Assembly: GCA_951406725.2 (NCBI GenBank)
Contig: OX597826.1
Location: forward strand, 70,804,001-70,868,000
Source: Octopus vulgaris
Taxonomy: Eukaryota
Direction: 5' to 3'
Length of the DNA stretch: 64,000 nt
Below the pieces are notes generated by a model. That model did no database searches and had not been told where the DNA came from. It was given only the letters and a program-made list of their open reading frames with translations. A program made the translations under genes and the position numbers. The stretch's first letter is position 1. Each line of letters begins with the position of its first letter. This document shows, in pieces, positions 26,901 to 40,705 of this stretch.

Positions 26901-27463
26901 CTCTGGAAAGTGAAATGAAAATGAGAATAACAATAACACTGAACCACTGAAAAAGCATCTACCTTCTGACTTGTCCTACTCTATATAATTTCCAAATCTA
27001 TTTCCTCTAATATCTTACCATCTTAATACAACAAAGACATACTGAATTATATAGCCTTAGGTGCACAATGCATAAAAAAGACAAGACAATCCAAGTTAAA
27101 ATTCTCTTTGATCATAGATCTACTCAATTAGTGCTGACCTGGGGTTAAGCAACAACAACTATAATATCGACCGCTATTGTAGTCTTGTTTCTTTTTATTT
27201 TTCAGTAACTCGTTAACCTGACGTTCTTTAGTATAACCAATTTTGAATATCGATATTGACAGCGACAACAACAACAGCAATCACTAGTCAACTTAGAAAC
27301 CTCAATTTGGTTGCTCGACATGCTATATATATAGAAGCTAGATTGTCCTCAGATTGCACCCTGTTGTCTTACGAATGAAACGGTGACATTCGATAATGTT
27401 GTCCTACGTAGCTCTAAAATGAGATTGTCACTTCTTCAATATCTTCGTTTTGATCGTAGGTTT

Positions 27464-27517
<54 letters not shown>

Positions 27518-27921
27518 AGTTGTTCTAGGATTAAATTACGACAATAACAACCAGAAAAAACCGGACGTGGACATACATAGATGTAGTTAGAGACTGTAAA
27601 ATAGAAGTCTGACAAAGCTGTCTAAGTATTGTTTTTATGTGGACACTATTAAATTGTGTCAGGAAATTGGGAAAGATATAAAAGAAGGCAGAGATTAGTG
27701 AAGGAAGTTTGATAAAAATTGATGATAATGGTGGAACGATAGATAAAGCTAAGATCGCCATATTTGCTAATGCAATTGTTTGCGCCTGAAGACGGTTTCC
27801 GTAGTTTTTCTTTACTTTATTTTATTTTATTCGTATTTTTCGTTTTGTATAAGAAATGAGTGAAAGGATTATATTTTTATTCATTTCTTCTCCTTCTAAG
27901 GTTTCTTTTGAAATGTCGAAA

Positions 27922-27968
<47 letters not shown>

Positions 27969-28109
27969 TAAGGTAACAAGCGTAGAGGAAAAGGAAAAAG
28001 AAGAAGAAGGTGAAAGGGAGAGAGAAGAAAGAGAGAATGAGAAGAAAGAGAGAGAGAATTTTAAAAAGATTATAAGTCTTAGATAAGCAAGAGAAATTGA
28101 AAATAAAGC

Positions 28110-28300
28110 TAGAAGAAAAAAATAAAGCTAGAAGAATGAATAACAAAGAATGGTATGTATGTATGTATGTATGTATGTATGTATGTATGTATGTATGTAT
28201 GTATGTATGTATATATCTATATAAACAAACAAATAAAGCTAGAAGAATGAATAACAAAGAATGGTATATATGTATGTATGTATGTATGTATATATCTATA
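28110..28300. repeat. Tandem duplication of a ~110 bp unit with (TATG)n
   Basis: aaataaagctagaagaatgaataacaaagaatggtat occurs twice. Confidence 0.9.
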
Positions 28301-28743
28301 TAAACAAACTCACATGAGTATGTGTGTGTAGGTGTGCGCACGTGTGTATGTATGTATTTTATATATATATATATTCTCATTTAATTAAAATTATTCTTTT
28401 TGCCTGTGCTATTTTCCGGTTAACATTTTTCTATCTGATGTCGCTTCCTTCTCGATTCTACTAGTCTATGACGTCACTTTCGCCCACATTGATCACACCG
28501 ATTCCCCTATCATTAACATAACCACAACACCATAATCAACATCATCCTCTTGATCTTTTATCTTCGTAAAGAGAAGAAATACATCGGCAAACGTAGTCCC
28601 CGATATAGATGCATTACTATGAAAAAATTTTAAGGTGGGATCGTCACGACTGGAATGCAATGATTGGATAATCTCAATCAGAGTTATCTTGGGGATAAAC
28701 AACAAGAGCAACATCACACGCATACATGTACACACATGGCCTA

Positions 28744-29050
28744 GTGGAGGCACATGGCGTAGTGGTTAGAGCAGCGGACTTGCGGTCGAGGGATCGCGGG
28801 TCTGAATCTCAGACCGGGCGATGTGTGTGTTTATGAGCGAAACACCTAAACTCCACGCGGCTCTGGCAGAAGGTAATGGCGAACTTCTGCTGACAATTTC
28901 GCCACAACTTTCTCTCACTCTTTCCTCCTGCATTTTGCAGTTCACCTGCGACGGATCAGCATCCCGTCCAGGTGGGGGAACCTATACTCCAAGGAAACCA
29001 GGAAACCGGCCCTTATCAGCTAGGCATGGCTCGAGAAGGAAGGAACAAAC
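28744..29050 (+). mobile_element. SINE family C1
   Basis: Homologous to 2129-2403 and 10536-10849. Confidence 0.92.
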
Positions 29051-29139
29051 TTATTCATAAAATAAGTACCAGTCCAGCACTGAGACCGATGTAAACGACT
29101 CGTTCCTTCTTCCTCAAATTTCAGGCCGTGTACCTATAG

Positions 29140-29675
29140 CATGCCATCGAAATGACACTGCGGTACAAATATACGAAGCCCAATATATACCCATCATAAC
29201 TACCCGTCTGATAAGGGCACACTAGGCACATGCATCACATTCGTATGTGCGCGACATGGTGAACTCATGTAAAGATAAACAGTGCATGACCTTGCAGGTG
29301 GGGCCCAGTTTAAATTTTCTCCTGGTCGAGTAGCCCATTGAACTCAAAAAAGTCCCCAAATAAGGGTTGTTTAAGGATGTTGAACGAAATATACAGGCTT
29401 CCAGAGGCGAATTATTCTCACTCCAAAGAGTTCCTCTCAACACACGGCTATGATACTCCCCCACTACTTCTGCTCGTAACCAGAGATGCACATATCGCCA
29501 GCCACAAAAGGACGTGCTCAACTAGTTAAGGTCAAGCAAATGACAGGCAAATCTTTGGTATTGAGCAGAATATTTGCTGCATTCCATCTTTTATACCAAG
29601 ACGAAACATATGCATGATAACACTGACAATCAGTTAAGATCAGAAGCCATGAGAGCCAGTGCCTAGTGCTGCATC
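29140..29675. mobile_element. Non-coding dispersed repeat family E (~530 bp)
   Basis: Segment 29551-29610 recurs inverted at 26328-26387; no credible ORF. Confidence 0.6.
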
Positions 29676-29676
29676 T

Positions 29677-30850
29677 ATTATTGTCTTTGCACAGCATCTA
29701 ACGCTGGAGATGTACTACGGTGTCAGCTGTTCACTACCAGTGAACTAAGGTAACACCCGTTATTTTTCGAGCACCATCTGGAGTATTCGAGTGATTCCAA
29801 GTAGTGTTGTTTTCTGCAAGTGCTCCACCCTTATTGCAGTCCCTATTTGTCCGATGTACTTCTCAAGATTTTTACTCACTATTCCCAGGGCTCCGGCAAT
29901 TATTGTTTCACCTTTTGTTTTTTCGACCACAACTGCTTAACCTCCCATGTAACCTGTCATATCTATCGACTTTTCTTTCTTCCTTATCGCATACCTTGTT
30001 GTCAGCTGGGCATGCTATATTTATGATCCAGCATCGTTTGCTTTCTTTCCCAATTAACACTTTGTCTGGTTTCCTATTCTCTATGTCATGGTCGCACTGA
30101 ATCGTAAAATCCCATAGGGTCTTTGCATTATCATTTCCGATGATGCCTTCGTGTTATGTTCGTACCACTTTCTTGCTCTGTCAAGTCCATACTTGCTGCA
30201 ACGTATCCAATGGACAATCCTTGCTATATTGTCATGACGTCTCTTATATTCTTTCTGGGCTACTGGCGTACATTGACTGGTATTATGCCATTAAGTTTCA
30301 CTATTTTGTCCACAAATTCTTGTCGCTTTCTGATGTGTTGTCTATTCTGTATTTGATGTAATTCGTTCTTAATGCTTCCTGTTTTAAATCACTTTTATTC
30401 ATCCATAGCCTTTTTTTTCTCTGTCTGTCTTATCTTCCACATCTTTATTAAATTGTTCATGTATTCTTTTCTTTATCCACCTATTTTCAGTTTCATTCAC
30501 TCTCAAGTCCTTGTACAGTGCTTTGATTTTTGCAATCTCCCATCCTACACTTCTTACTTCCAATAATAACGGTTCTGTTACATTTTTTTACATACCATAT
30601 TATGCTGTTTTCTTCTGCTCTAATGCTGTGTTCGCATCCAATAAGTCCTCTTCCCCCTCACGTTACTTTTTCTTGGTACATAGTCTGTCTGCGTCACTTT
30701 TTGGTTGGAGTATTCCATATCTAGTCAGCAACTTCCTTATCTGTCTACGCTGTTTAGTTCATCTACTGTCCATGCGATTACCCCTGTTCCATATCTAAGT
30801 AGTGAAACCGCCCAGGTGTTGATAGCTTCAATCTTATTCCATCCGTTTAA
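29677..30850 (-). mobile_element. R4/Dong-like (RLE-type) LINE, 5'-truncated and decayed
   Basis: NKIEAINTWAVSLLRYG..DRLYVPRK..RICGQNSET*WH.TSQC..YKRRHDNIARIVHW..LWDFTIQCD..RKPD: CCHC knuckle, RHD and PD motifs of a restriction-like endonuclease; stop at ~29760; ends in aataat. Confidence 0.93.
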
Positions 30851-31064
30851 GGCTGAGAGCTGGCCTAATCGTTAGCACGCCGGACGAAGTGCTTAGCGGT
30901 ATTTCGTCCGTCACTGCGTTCTAAGTTCAAATTCCACCGAGGTCGACTTTACCTTTCATCCTTTCAGGGTCGATAAATTAAGTACGAGTTTTCGTACCGG
31001 GGGTCGCTCAAATCGACTGGTCCCCTGCCCCTAGAAAATCTATATTGTGCCTATAGTAGAAAGG

Positions 31065-31100
<36 letters not shown>
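30851..31100 (+). mobile_element. SINE family B monomer with (ATT)n tail
   Basis: Head gagctggc..aatcgttagcacgccgg, B box, Nin-like domain, tail gtgcctatagtagaaagg(att)n. Confidence 0.9.
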
Positions 31101-31102
<2 letters not shown>

Positions 31103-31501
31103 GGCGGCAAGCTGGCAGAATCGTTAGCACGTCGGGCAGAATGCTTAGCGGTATTTCGTCTCCTGTTACGTTCTGAGTTCAAATTCCGCCGAGGTCGATT
31201 TTGCCTTTCATCCTTTCGGGGTCTATAAATTAAGTACCAGTTACGCACTGGGGTCGATGTAATCGACTTAATACCTATGTCTGTCCTTGTTTGTCCCCTC
31301 TATGTTTAGCCCCTTGTGGGTAATAAAGAAATAGGTATTTCGTCTCCTGTTACGTTCTGAGTTCAAATTCCGCCGAGGTCAATTTTGCCTTTCATCCTTT
31401 CGGGGTCTATAAATTAAGTAAGTACTGGTTGAGTATTGGGGTCGATGTAATCGACTTGTCCCTTCCCCCAGGATTCAGGCCTTGTGCCTATAGTAGAAAG
31501 G

Positions 31502-31570
<69 letters not shown>
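31101..31570 (+). mobile_element. SINE family B dimer with (ATT)n tail
   Basis: Full head plus two tandem central units. Confidence 0.92.
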
Positions 31571-32294
31571 GTGGTAAGATGGCAAGCAAAATGCTTAGTG
31601 TCATTTTCGTCCTTGTGTACGGTCTGAGTTCAAATTTCGCCTAAGTCGACTTACCACCAAGCTACTTAAGTGTTTTTCTTGCTTTTAGTTTATAAAGTTT
31701 CTTAAAATACACAATTTCTCTGCAGAGAAATTCAAGATATCATTGTCCAGAATGAATATAGACATTTATCTTAATATCACCCAGTATAAATTATTCAAAT
31801 GTGTTACTAAACACTTGTACATAGCAGGTTTTTTTTTACTATATTGCCACAAGCTCGTACATTCATTTTTACATATCGAAAACATACGGTTTATATCACA
31901 ACACAACTGGAATATTCAACCGTGCATTCAATAAAAAGCTGAGCATTTCAAATTGTTAGTTATTAATAGGTATTTACTACCAGCCATATCATAAATATAT
32001 TCTCATTTATATTTTTATTCGCTATTTCACTATTTCTTTCTGACTCTTAATAGATGAACGACTTTTCGTTTTGTCTCTTCCTGCAGAATTTGCGGTAATC
32101 TAAATAACTATAAATATTGGATGAGTATTTTCCTTTCCTTTTTCTCTATTCCACCGATATAATATGAGGAGCTTCCTAAACAGTATTAATGTCACGAGCA
32201 ATTCTAATTAGATATTTATTTGAACATCTTACAAGTATGTATTACGATGTTGTGGAGTATATTTAAATGAATAAGTGTATATACACTAACATAA

Positions 32295-33090
<796 letters not shown>

Positions 33091-33363
33091 AAAGCTTCCC
33101 ATCTTCTCCTTTCTTTCGATCTCAATAAATCCGTTATGGATGATCGAACGTTATAATTAACTTTCTACCTCAGTGGAAACATAATAAAAAAAAAAAAAGC
33201 TAAAAAAAGATAATATGCACACAATATTAAAATTCGATATTTCTGTCGAAGCAAACTTCTTGCTTTGTCGAACAGTCAATGATTCGGTTTCAAATCCAAC
33301 CTGAGAAGAAAAACTTATAATTCCCTCCCCTTAATTTGGTAAGATTCTTGTCTTGGATGCTAC

Positions 33364-33753
33364 CCTTTTACTTGTTTCAGTCATTTCACTATGGCCATGC
33401 TGGAGCAACGCCTTTAGTCGAGCAAATCGACTCCAAGACTTATTCTTTGGAAGTCTAGTACTTATTCTATCGGTCTATTCTGCCGAACCGGAGACGTAAA
33501 CACACCAGCATCGGTTGGCAAATGATGTTGGGGGGACAAACATAGACACACAAACATATACACACACACACGCATACATATATATATACATATATACGAC
33601 GGGCTTCTTTCAGTTTCCGTCTACCAAATCCACTCACAAGGCTTTGGTTGGCCCGAGGCTATAGTAGAAGACATTTGCCCAAGGTGCCACGTAGTGGGAC
33701 TGAACCCGGAACCATTTGGTTGATAAGCAAGCTACTTACCACACAGCCACTCC
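33364..33753 (-). mobile_element. SINE family A, full length
   Basis: Homologous to 7152-7586. Confidence 0.92.
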
Positions 33754-33880
33754 TACAGTGGAAGAGACTGGCATATGAACGTTGCAAATCTCATTTCTAG
33801 AATTTGTCAAGAAATTTTGTGACTTATGTATCTTCCTTAATGTAAATATAATTTTAACAGCAATATATGCGTGTATATCT

Positions 33881-34092
33881 AAGGCGGCAAGATGGCAGAA
33901 TCGTTAGCAACCCGGGTAAAATACTTAACAGGATTTCGTCTGTTTTTACGTTCTGAATTCAAATTCCGCCGAAGCCGAGTTTGCTCTTCACTTTTTCGGG
34001 GATGATAAAATGAATGCCAGTTGACGCTGTAGTCGATGTAATCGACTTACCCTCCCCATAAAACTGATGGTCTTGTCTCAAAATTTGAACCG
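33881..34092 (+). mobile_element. SINE family B monomer, diverged
   Basis: Homologous to 30851-31065. Confidence 0.85.
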
Positions 34093-35350
34093 AATATATG
34101 TCCGTATGTCTCAGCATGCGTATGAGGGTTAAGTTGTATGTTCATTAAAACGTTCATCTTAAATTTCAAACTACCATTTCAAAAATACTGCACAATATAG
34201 TATATACATGCGTGATGGTTTGTAGGTACACATACACACACACATATATAAAGAGAGCTGCTTATATACATTTAATTTGTGTTTTCAGACAGCATCTTTA
34301 AATGTACATACATATAAATAAATGAATAAAATAGAAGCAACTCTCAAAATTCCACCCACTGAGCCTAATACTTATTCTATTGTTCTCTTTTACCGAACTG
34401 CTAAGTTACGGATTCCTAAACACACCAACATCGGTGGGGACAAACACAGACACACAAATACATCCATATATATATATATATATATATGTAATACACTAAA
34501 AGTCAGCTTGAATCTTACTTGCTTGCAATGTTACCCAGCTAAACTGGCGCATAATGGGAAAATACAATGAATTAAATTTACCCTGAAATGTTAATACGAA
34601 CAGAATATAACAAGTTTCACGTAAATCGGATAAGTTTTTTTTTTTAGATATTAGATGTTTTCGGGGTTTAGATACCCAAAACGGTGCATAATTGGGAAAA
34701 TATTCTGAATCTTAATCCTGAAAGGGAAGAAACTCTTATCTTTCAATTAAACACAGTGATTTGATAACGAAAAAATAAGAGTTGTTTTTTTTTACAGTAA
34801 ATGTTTCTATTTTCGCTTTTGTTAAACAGAATATTTTAATCATTTAGAAATATTTTTAAGTAAATGTGATTTCCAAAATGTAAGTTGTTTATACAGTAAG
34901 TATTTACATTTTAGATTTCTTTAAACACACAATATTTTAATATATTTTATAATTATTTTCAAGTGAATACCATTACAAAACATTCATTTTTTTGGCATAT
35001 TTCAAAAATATTTTAAAGTGAAAATTACTTTAAAAATACGGTAAATATTTCGTAAAAGTTCGTAACCTCAGTGTGAAATAGTCTTTTTCCATAGGTATTT
35101 TTTCGAGTGCATTCAACGTATCTCACGACCAACGATTTGTCTGCTATTTCTAACACGTCCTGCTACCACCTAGTAGCTATTTGCGATAAAGGACCCGAAA
35201 TACCCGTTACGTGGTAGCAGGGCGCGCAAGATATAGCAGCCAGATCTTTCCTGGGGAAAGGAGTCGTTTAGTGTGATTTCGATGTCACATTCGTTGAAAG
35301 CATGCGAAATAACCTGGAAAAGAAACAAAAACCTACGTAACAAAACTCCG

Positions 35351-35503
35351 GACTTCTTTCAGTTTCCGCCTACCTAATCCACTCACAAGGCTTTGGTCGG
35401 CCCGAGGCTATAGTAGAAGACACTTGCCCAGGGTGCGCACAGTGGGACTGAACCCGGAACCATGTAGTTGGGAAGCAAGCTTCTTATTACACAGCCACTC
35501 CTG
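35351..35503 (-). mobile_element. SINE family A, 5' half
   Basis: Head and CORE-like segment only. Confidence 0.88.
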
Positions 35504-35884
35504 TGCCTATATGATGTGTGTGTGTGTATACGTTTTCTTGATTCTTCAGATTCTTCAGTATAAAATGCTAGTTACACATACATTTATGATTAAGTATAGA
35601 AATAAATCTATAGCCCTCACGTTAAACGTATTGAGTACGCGTTGTCTCGCAAAAAAAAGAAAGGAAAAAATACCTTGTTCTTATATTTGCAGCTTATATG
35701 GCTGAACAGTCGGAATTTAATTATGTTAGTGGAGGATTTACAGGGCCCGGATCTAAATTCAATTTCTTGAACGTTAAACAGATTAAATAAGAAATAAATC
35801 CTTCCTTTGAATAAGATATTAACCCACCACCGCCATCTTTTTAAATAGAGTGAATTCAACAATATAAGTCAACAAACGTCACGT

Positions 35885-36810
35885 TTACTCTTACTGTTGC
35901 CAATTCACCGGAGACACAACTATATTGCTCTGTGGTACCTGTGTGCCACATTTATTGGTCTGTGAGGATCTAGACAGCACTAATTAGTTACTGTTGTGTC
36001 ACATTTTGATACCTATCAACAGCTAGATACAATTATCACACCGTGGTAAGTAGGTACTTTTTTTTCTCGCCCTTTTAAAGCCTAGCCAGGCTCATGAGCC
36101 CAGTTTCCCGGTTTCTATGGCGTATGTGTTCCCCAGCTGCGTTACTCACTTTTGCCAGCTGAGTGGACTGGAGGAACGTGAAATGAAGTGTTTTGCTCAA
36201 AAACACAACGCGTCGCCCGGTCCAGAAATCGAAAACACAATCTTATGATCATGATGCTGACACCCTAACCACTAAGCCACGCGCCTCCACAAAATAGATG
36301 CGCCCTTTTTAAAGCCTAGCCAGGCTCATGGGCCCGGTTTCCCGGTTTCTATGGTGTATGCCTTCCCCAGCCGGACGGGACGCCAGTCCATCGCAGCGTT
36401 ACTCATTTTTGCCAGCTGAGTAGACTGGCGCAACGTGAAATGAAGTGTTTTGCTCAAGAATACAACGCGTCGCCCGGTCCAGGAATCGAAACCACAAACT
36501 TACGATTATGATGCTGATACCCTAACCATTAAGCCACGCGCCCCCACTAAGTACGTACTTTACCATCCTAAAATAGCTACTGACAACGAAGTGCAAGTTC
36601 CACCGATTACGTTGGTTATTCTACCCAGCAGTGAGGCAAAACAACAACGCTCTTTCCTACTCACAGCAAGATGAACTACATTATTCTACAGTAGATATCA
36701 AGTGATACAACTATTTAGTTCTGACTAGATCTCATAGACCGATAGATCTGGCACAGGCTCTACAGAGTAATGTAGTCGTGTTTCCGGTAGTGTTGCAATC
36801 GCAAGAATCT
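35885..36810. mobile_element. Old foldback/MITE-like element with long diverged inverted arms, carrying two SINE insertions
   Basis: Reverse complement of ~35888-36020 aligns with ~36690-36808 (ctagatc..ca.agacc.ata.at.tggcaca...acagag.aat.tagt.gtgt..ccggt). Confidence 0.6.
36058..36547 (-). mobile_element. Two tandem SINE family C2 copies (36058-36290 and 36296-36547)
   Basis: tRNA-like head GTGGAGGCGCGTGGCTTAGTGGTTAGGG..TTCGATT, Meta/CORE-like TTGAGCAAAACACTT, tail GAGCCTGGCTAGGCTTTAAAAGGGCG. Confidence 0.92.
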
Positions 36811-37015
36811 AAGTTTGGCGCTTCAATCCATCGCTTCGGCGTTCAGAGAGCAGAGCACTTGAGCCCGCCTACACCAATTTATTTCGCCCTCAGCTAATAA
36901 TGATGACCAATGATATATAGTTCGGTTTATTTCACTCAAAAACTCTTTAAGCGCAAATGATAAAATATAGCGGAAGAATCGATCGTTTCCACGAAATAAT
37001 TCTACACAAAAATAG

Positions 37016-37068
<53 letters not shown>

Positions 37069-37472
37069 CATAGGCTATAACACCAGAATTAGGGAAATAA
37101 CGAGCTGTAACCAATACAACTTCTTCAGCTACACTAAATCATTCAAGCTCTACATTTACTACTATGTCAAACAAAAGAGTATATAGGAACAGTAATTCCT
37201 AGAATCGATAAACTTACAGGGTGTTATTTTTAGTAACACTTATCACAATGAATTAGAATATTAGTACGAAACCGTTTTTGAATTTCATCATGTTAACAGC
37301 AATCCTCTCAACAATACTTGCCGGGAATATACAGTCTATCTATCCTTCTGTTATATCTATGTATTATTTTTTTTTCTCTCTGATAATATATTTATTGATC
37401 TCTTTACATATGACTACCTGTATGTCATATATATATATATATGTACATATAAAATAACATACAGACATATAA

Positions 37473-37517
<45 letters not shown>

Positions 37518-37536
37518 ATATATAAGAATATATATA

Positions 37537-37580
<44 letters not shown>

Positions 37581-37694
37581 AATACATGCATGCATTATGA
37601 AAATACATACATATATGTATGAATATACATATATGTATAGAGAGAGAGGGGGAGAGAGAGGTATCGAATGCGAGGTAAGGATAGATAGATAGAT

Positions 37695-37830
37695 AACTTT
37701 CTTTATTGGCCACACAGGGCTGAACACAGGGGGCACAAATACAAATGCAGAGCTTTTCTTTTCGAAGATGGAAAAGAAAAAGGAAAATAAAAGAATCAAG
37801 TGTAAAATTCCGATCAAAAGGTATCAGGGA
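37695..37830 (-). mobile_element. Tx1-like LINE 3' UTR end next to (GATA)n
   Basis: Homologous to 47108-47250. Confidence 0.78.
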
Positions 37831-37881
37831 AAAAAAAACACAAATAAACAGACAGAGAGAAAATAATATATATATATATAT

Positions 37882-37941
<60 letters not shown>

Positions 37942-38853
37942 GTGTTATGTACACTCAGTTATTTGTTAAGCAACGGTGGTGCATCAGCATGGCCGCAGCT
38001 CTGAGCTGAAACTAGAAAAAAAAATGGTTGAACATTGTAGTTGGGAGTCAGATGAAATTAAACCCTAATTGCATGCATTGTATTGTTGCTTACAATGTGT
38101 ATTTAGAACTACTGGATTTCGAACCCTTGCACTTATATTTTGTGTTTAACCGTCTCCATTTAATATCGATCACAATGATCAACGATGATTTGCAGTCTTG
38201 TTTAAGTGAATGAGAAAGGAAACTCTCCTTGGCTAGACCGCTGACTTCTAGCAGGTAGGGGTCTTTTTTTTTTAGTCTCACAAGAAATCGAACTCTATAT
38301 CATAAGCCAATGAACGTCTGCTCACCTATTCTATAGTGTCACTACTGCCAGCAGGAATAAATTACATCTCTTCCTGGTAAACATTTGTAACTCAATGAAC
38401 TTGGCTATTGTGTGTTAAGTGTTTTGGTCAAGCCTATGTTGAAGATTTGAGCTATGAACGTTATGTTGCAAGATCACTGCCCAGTACGATTTCGAACTGG
38501 TCACTAAACTGTTCGTTCAATATGAAGCAGATTGAGCCACTGGTTACTCAAAGTTCTAGAAACAGAAGCCAAATCTCTTTAAAATCACATAATGTTATTT
38601 GCAAAAGGATGAGCGTATTAGATACACAGTCTGAATAAACGATAGATGAGCGTGTCATGAACAATTTTAATCATAGCTCAGTTGATTTACAGCTGAATTG
38701 ATAGCTACCACAGTCAACATGAGAGACCTCCGACTTGCCAGTTTCACACACGATGTTTGGGACACCCTGATGCTAAGGCGTAAGGCACTTGCACATTTCA
38801 GGCACAGGTATCGAACCAGGAACTTTAAGGTTGAATCCCTGACACTAAGATAC

Positions 38854-38919
<66 letters not shown>

Positions 38920-39041
38920 AGGATAAATAATTATTAATTTTTAAAAAATCAACAATTATTTCCGGGTAGATTTCGGTATGGAAATATAACCATTATTGGT
39001 AGGAACTTTTTAAAAAAAAAAATTCTCTCTATATATATATG

Positions 39042-39352
39042 AATAAAAGAGCAAGCAATAGGTTGCTTAGCCACATACCAAAAAATTAGAAATAGCAGTC
39101 AAAGACAGCATATTTCTATTATCTACAAATATAATCCCACATACTACATGTGACTCACATATGTCAAACAGAAGGAAAGAATAACGAAAACAAAGTGTTT
39201 TGGTTAGTTACGGACGCGTTTCTGGATTAGAATTATAAATCAATTCATTTCCTTCTTCAGCGTAACAGTCTACTTAAATAGGTTTTGCAAATGCTATACA
39301 TACCTCCAGCTTCCCGAAGTAGCGTCATCGGAGATAGTAGGAGATAGCCAGC
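39042..39352 (-). mobile_element. Non-coding hammerhead-bearing element (Penelope pLTR or retrozyme-like monomer)
   Basis: ~310 bp complex island between TA-rich microsatellites; TATTTAA motif just upstream of a hammerhead core. Confidence 0.6.
39207..39266 (-). ncRNA. Minimal type I hammerhead ribozyme
   Basis: Minus strand: GUUACG-CUGAAGA-aGGA(aau GAAUU..AAUUC uaa)UCCa-GAAACGCGUC-CGUAAC. 6-bp stem I, intact core boxes, palindromic minimal stem III, GUC cleavage triplet. Confidence 0.8.
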
Positions 39353-39581
39353 ACATATATATACACATACAAACATATATATATATACATACATACATAC
39401 ATATATACATATATACATATATACATACATATATAGATACATACTTACATATATACATATATATATATATATATGCATACATATATACATACATATATAC
39501 ATACATACATACATACATATATATACATACATACATACATATACATACATACATACATACATACATACATACATACATACA

Positions 39582-39615
<34 letters not shown>

Positions 39616-40182
39616 ATATAGGGTTCTGATAGGGTAGGAAATCGGGAATGGATAGGTTGATAGATAAACAGATAGAAAGAAAATCGACAATAAATTAATG
39701 TGCAATTGTTGTATGGATACATAAATGTCTGATATACGAATGGAGTAATAATAACAATAAGAAACAATTGGATGAGCAAACTATAAAATCTATAAAATGT
39801 AATAAAACGTCAAACTGAAGTCTTGTTGTTCCTTGTATGATTTTTATTGCTTATTCCGAGAGCGCTTCCGTGTTATAACTTGTCCTCACATGGACTGATT
39901 TGAGTGGACAATGATAAATTGGATGTCGGAAATACGGGATCACACAACATTATTGCTCGTAGAGACTAAATATGTATTGCTGCTATACATGTGTGTGTGT
40001 GTGTCTGTGTGTGTGTGGTATTAACTATGTAGTTTATCAGATAGCTATCCGAAAGCAAGAAAATATATAAAATATTCTAAAACTCCCAATGACTGCTGAA
40101 ATTAGCTGCAACTCTGGGAGGTTTCGATGTAGGATGGCAGATAAAAATGTTATCAGATATTAGATGTATATTAGTTTAGTTA

Positions 40183-40241
<59 letters not shown>

Positions 40242-40261
40242 GGTTCTTTCTCTATGTCTCT

Positions 40262-40304
<43 letters not shown>

Positions 40305-40406
40305 TTGGTGTGTGTTGCGTTTCATTACTTGATAAATGAAAAATCGGTTTTTCTCCCGTTTGTTTTTACATTCAGTATACGTTAGGTCATTTGTTTATAC
40401 ATTTTT

Positions 40407-40522
<116 letters not shown>

Positions 40523-40622
40523 CAAGAATACGCATATATACATATATACATAACTATATATGTCCATATTTCCCCTCATGTTAGTCAAATCTATTATGTT
40601 TATTCTAGTATACTATATTCTT

Positions 40623-40705
<83 letters not shown>

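Noticed and set aside
25669-27805. CTGATGA (25669) and CTGAAGA-CGG-TTT-CCG (27786) hammerhead-like starts
   Set aside because: No downstream GAAA/NUH or closing stems.
28468-28475. TGACGTCA CRE-like sites (also ~4517, ~20281)
   Set aside because: Short motif with no promoter context; chance occurrence cannot be excluded.
35893-36022. Possible minus-strand exon with a GTAAGA donor
   Set aside because: It lies in one arm of the inverted repeat element and is better explained as TE sequence.
37095-37132. Minus-strand CUGAAGA followed by a 7-bp hairpin
   Set aside because: The required GAAA box is absent (CGUUA instead) and no stem I/III is found.
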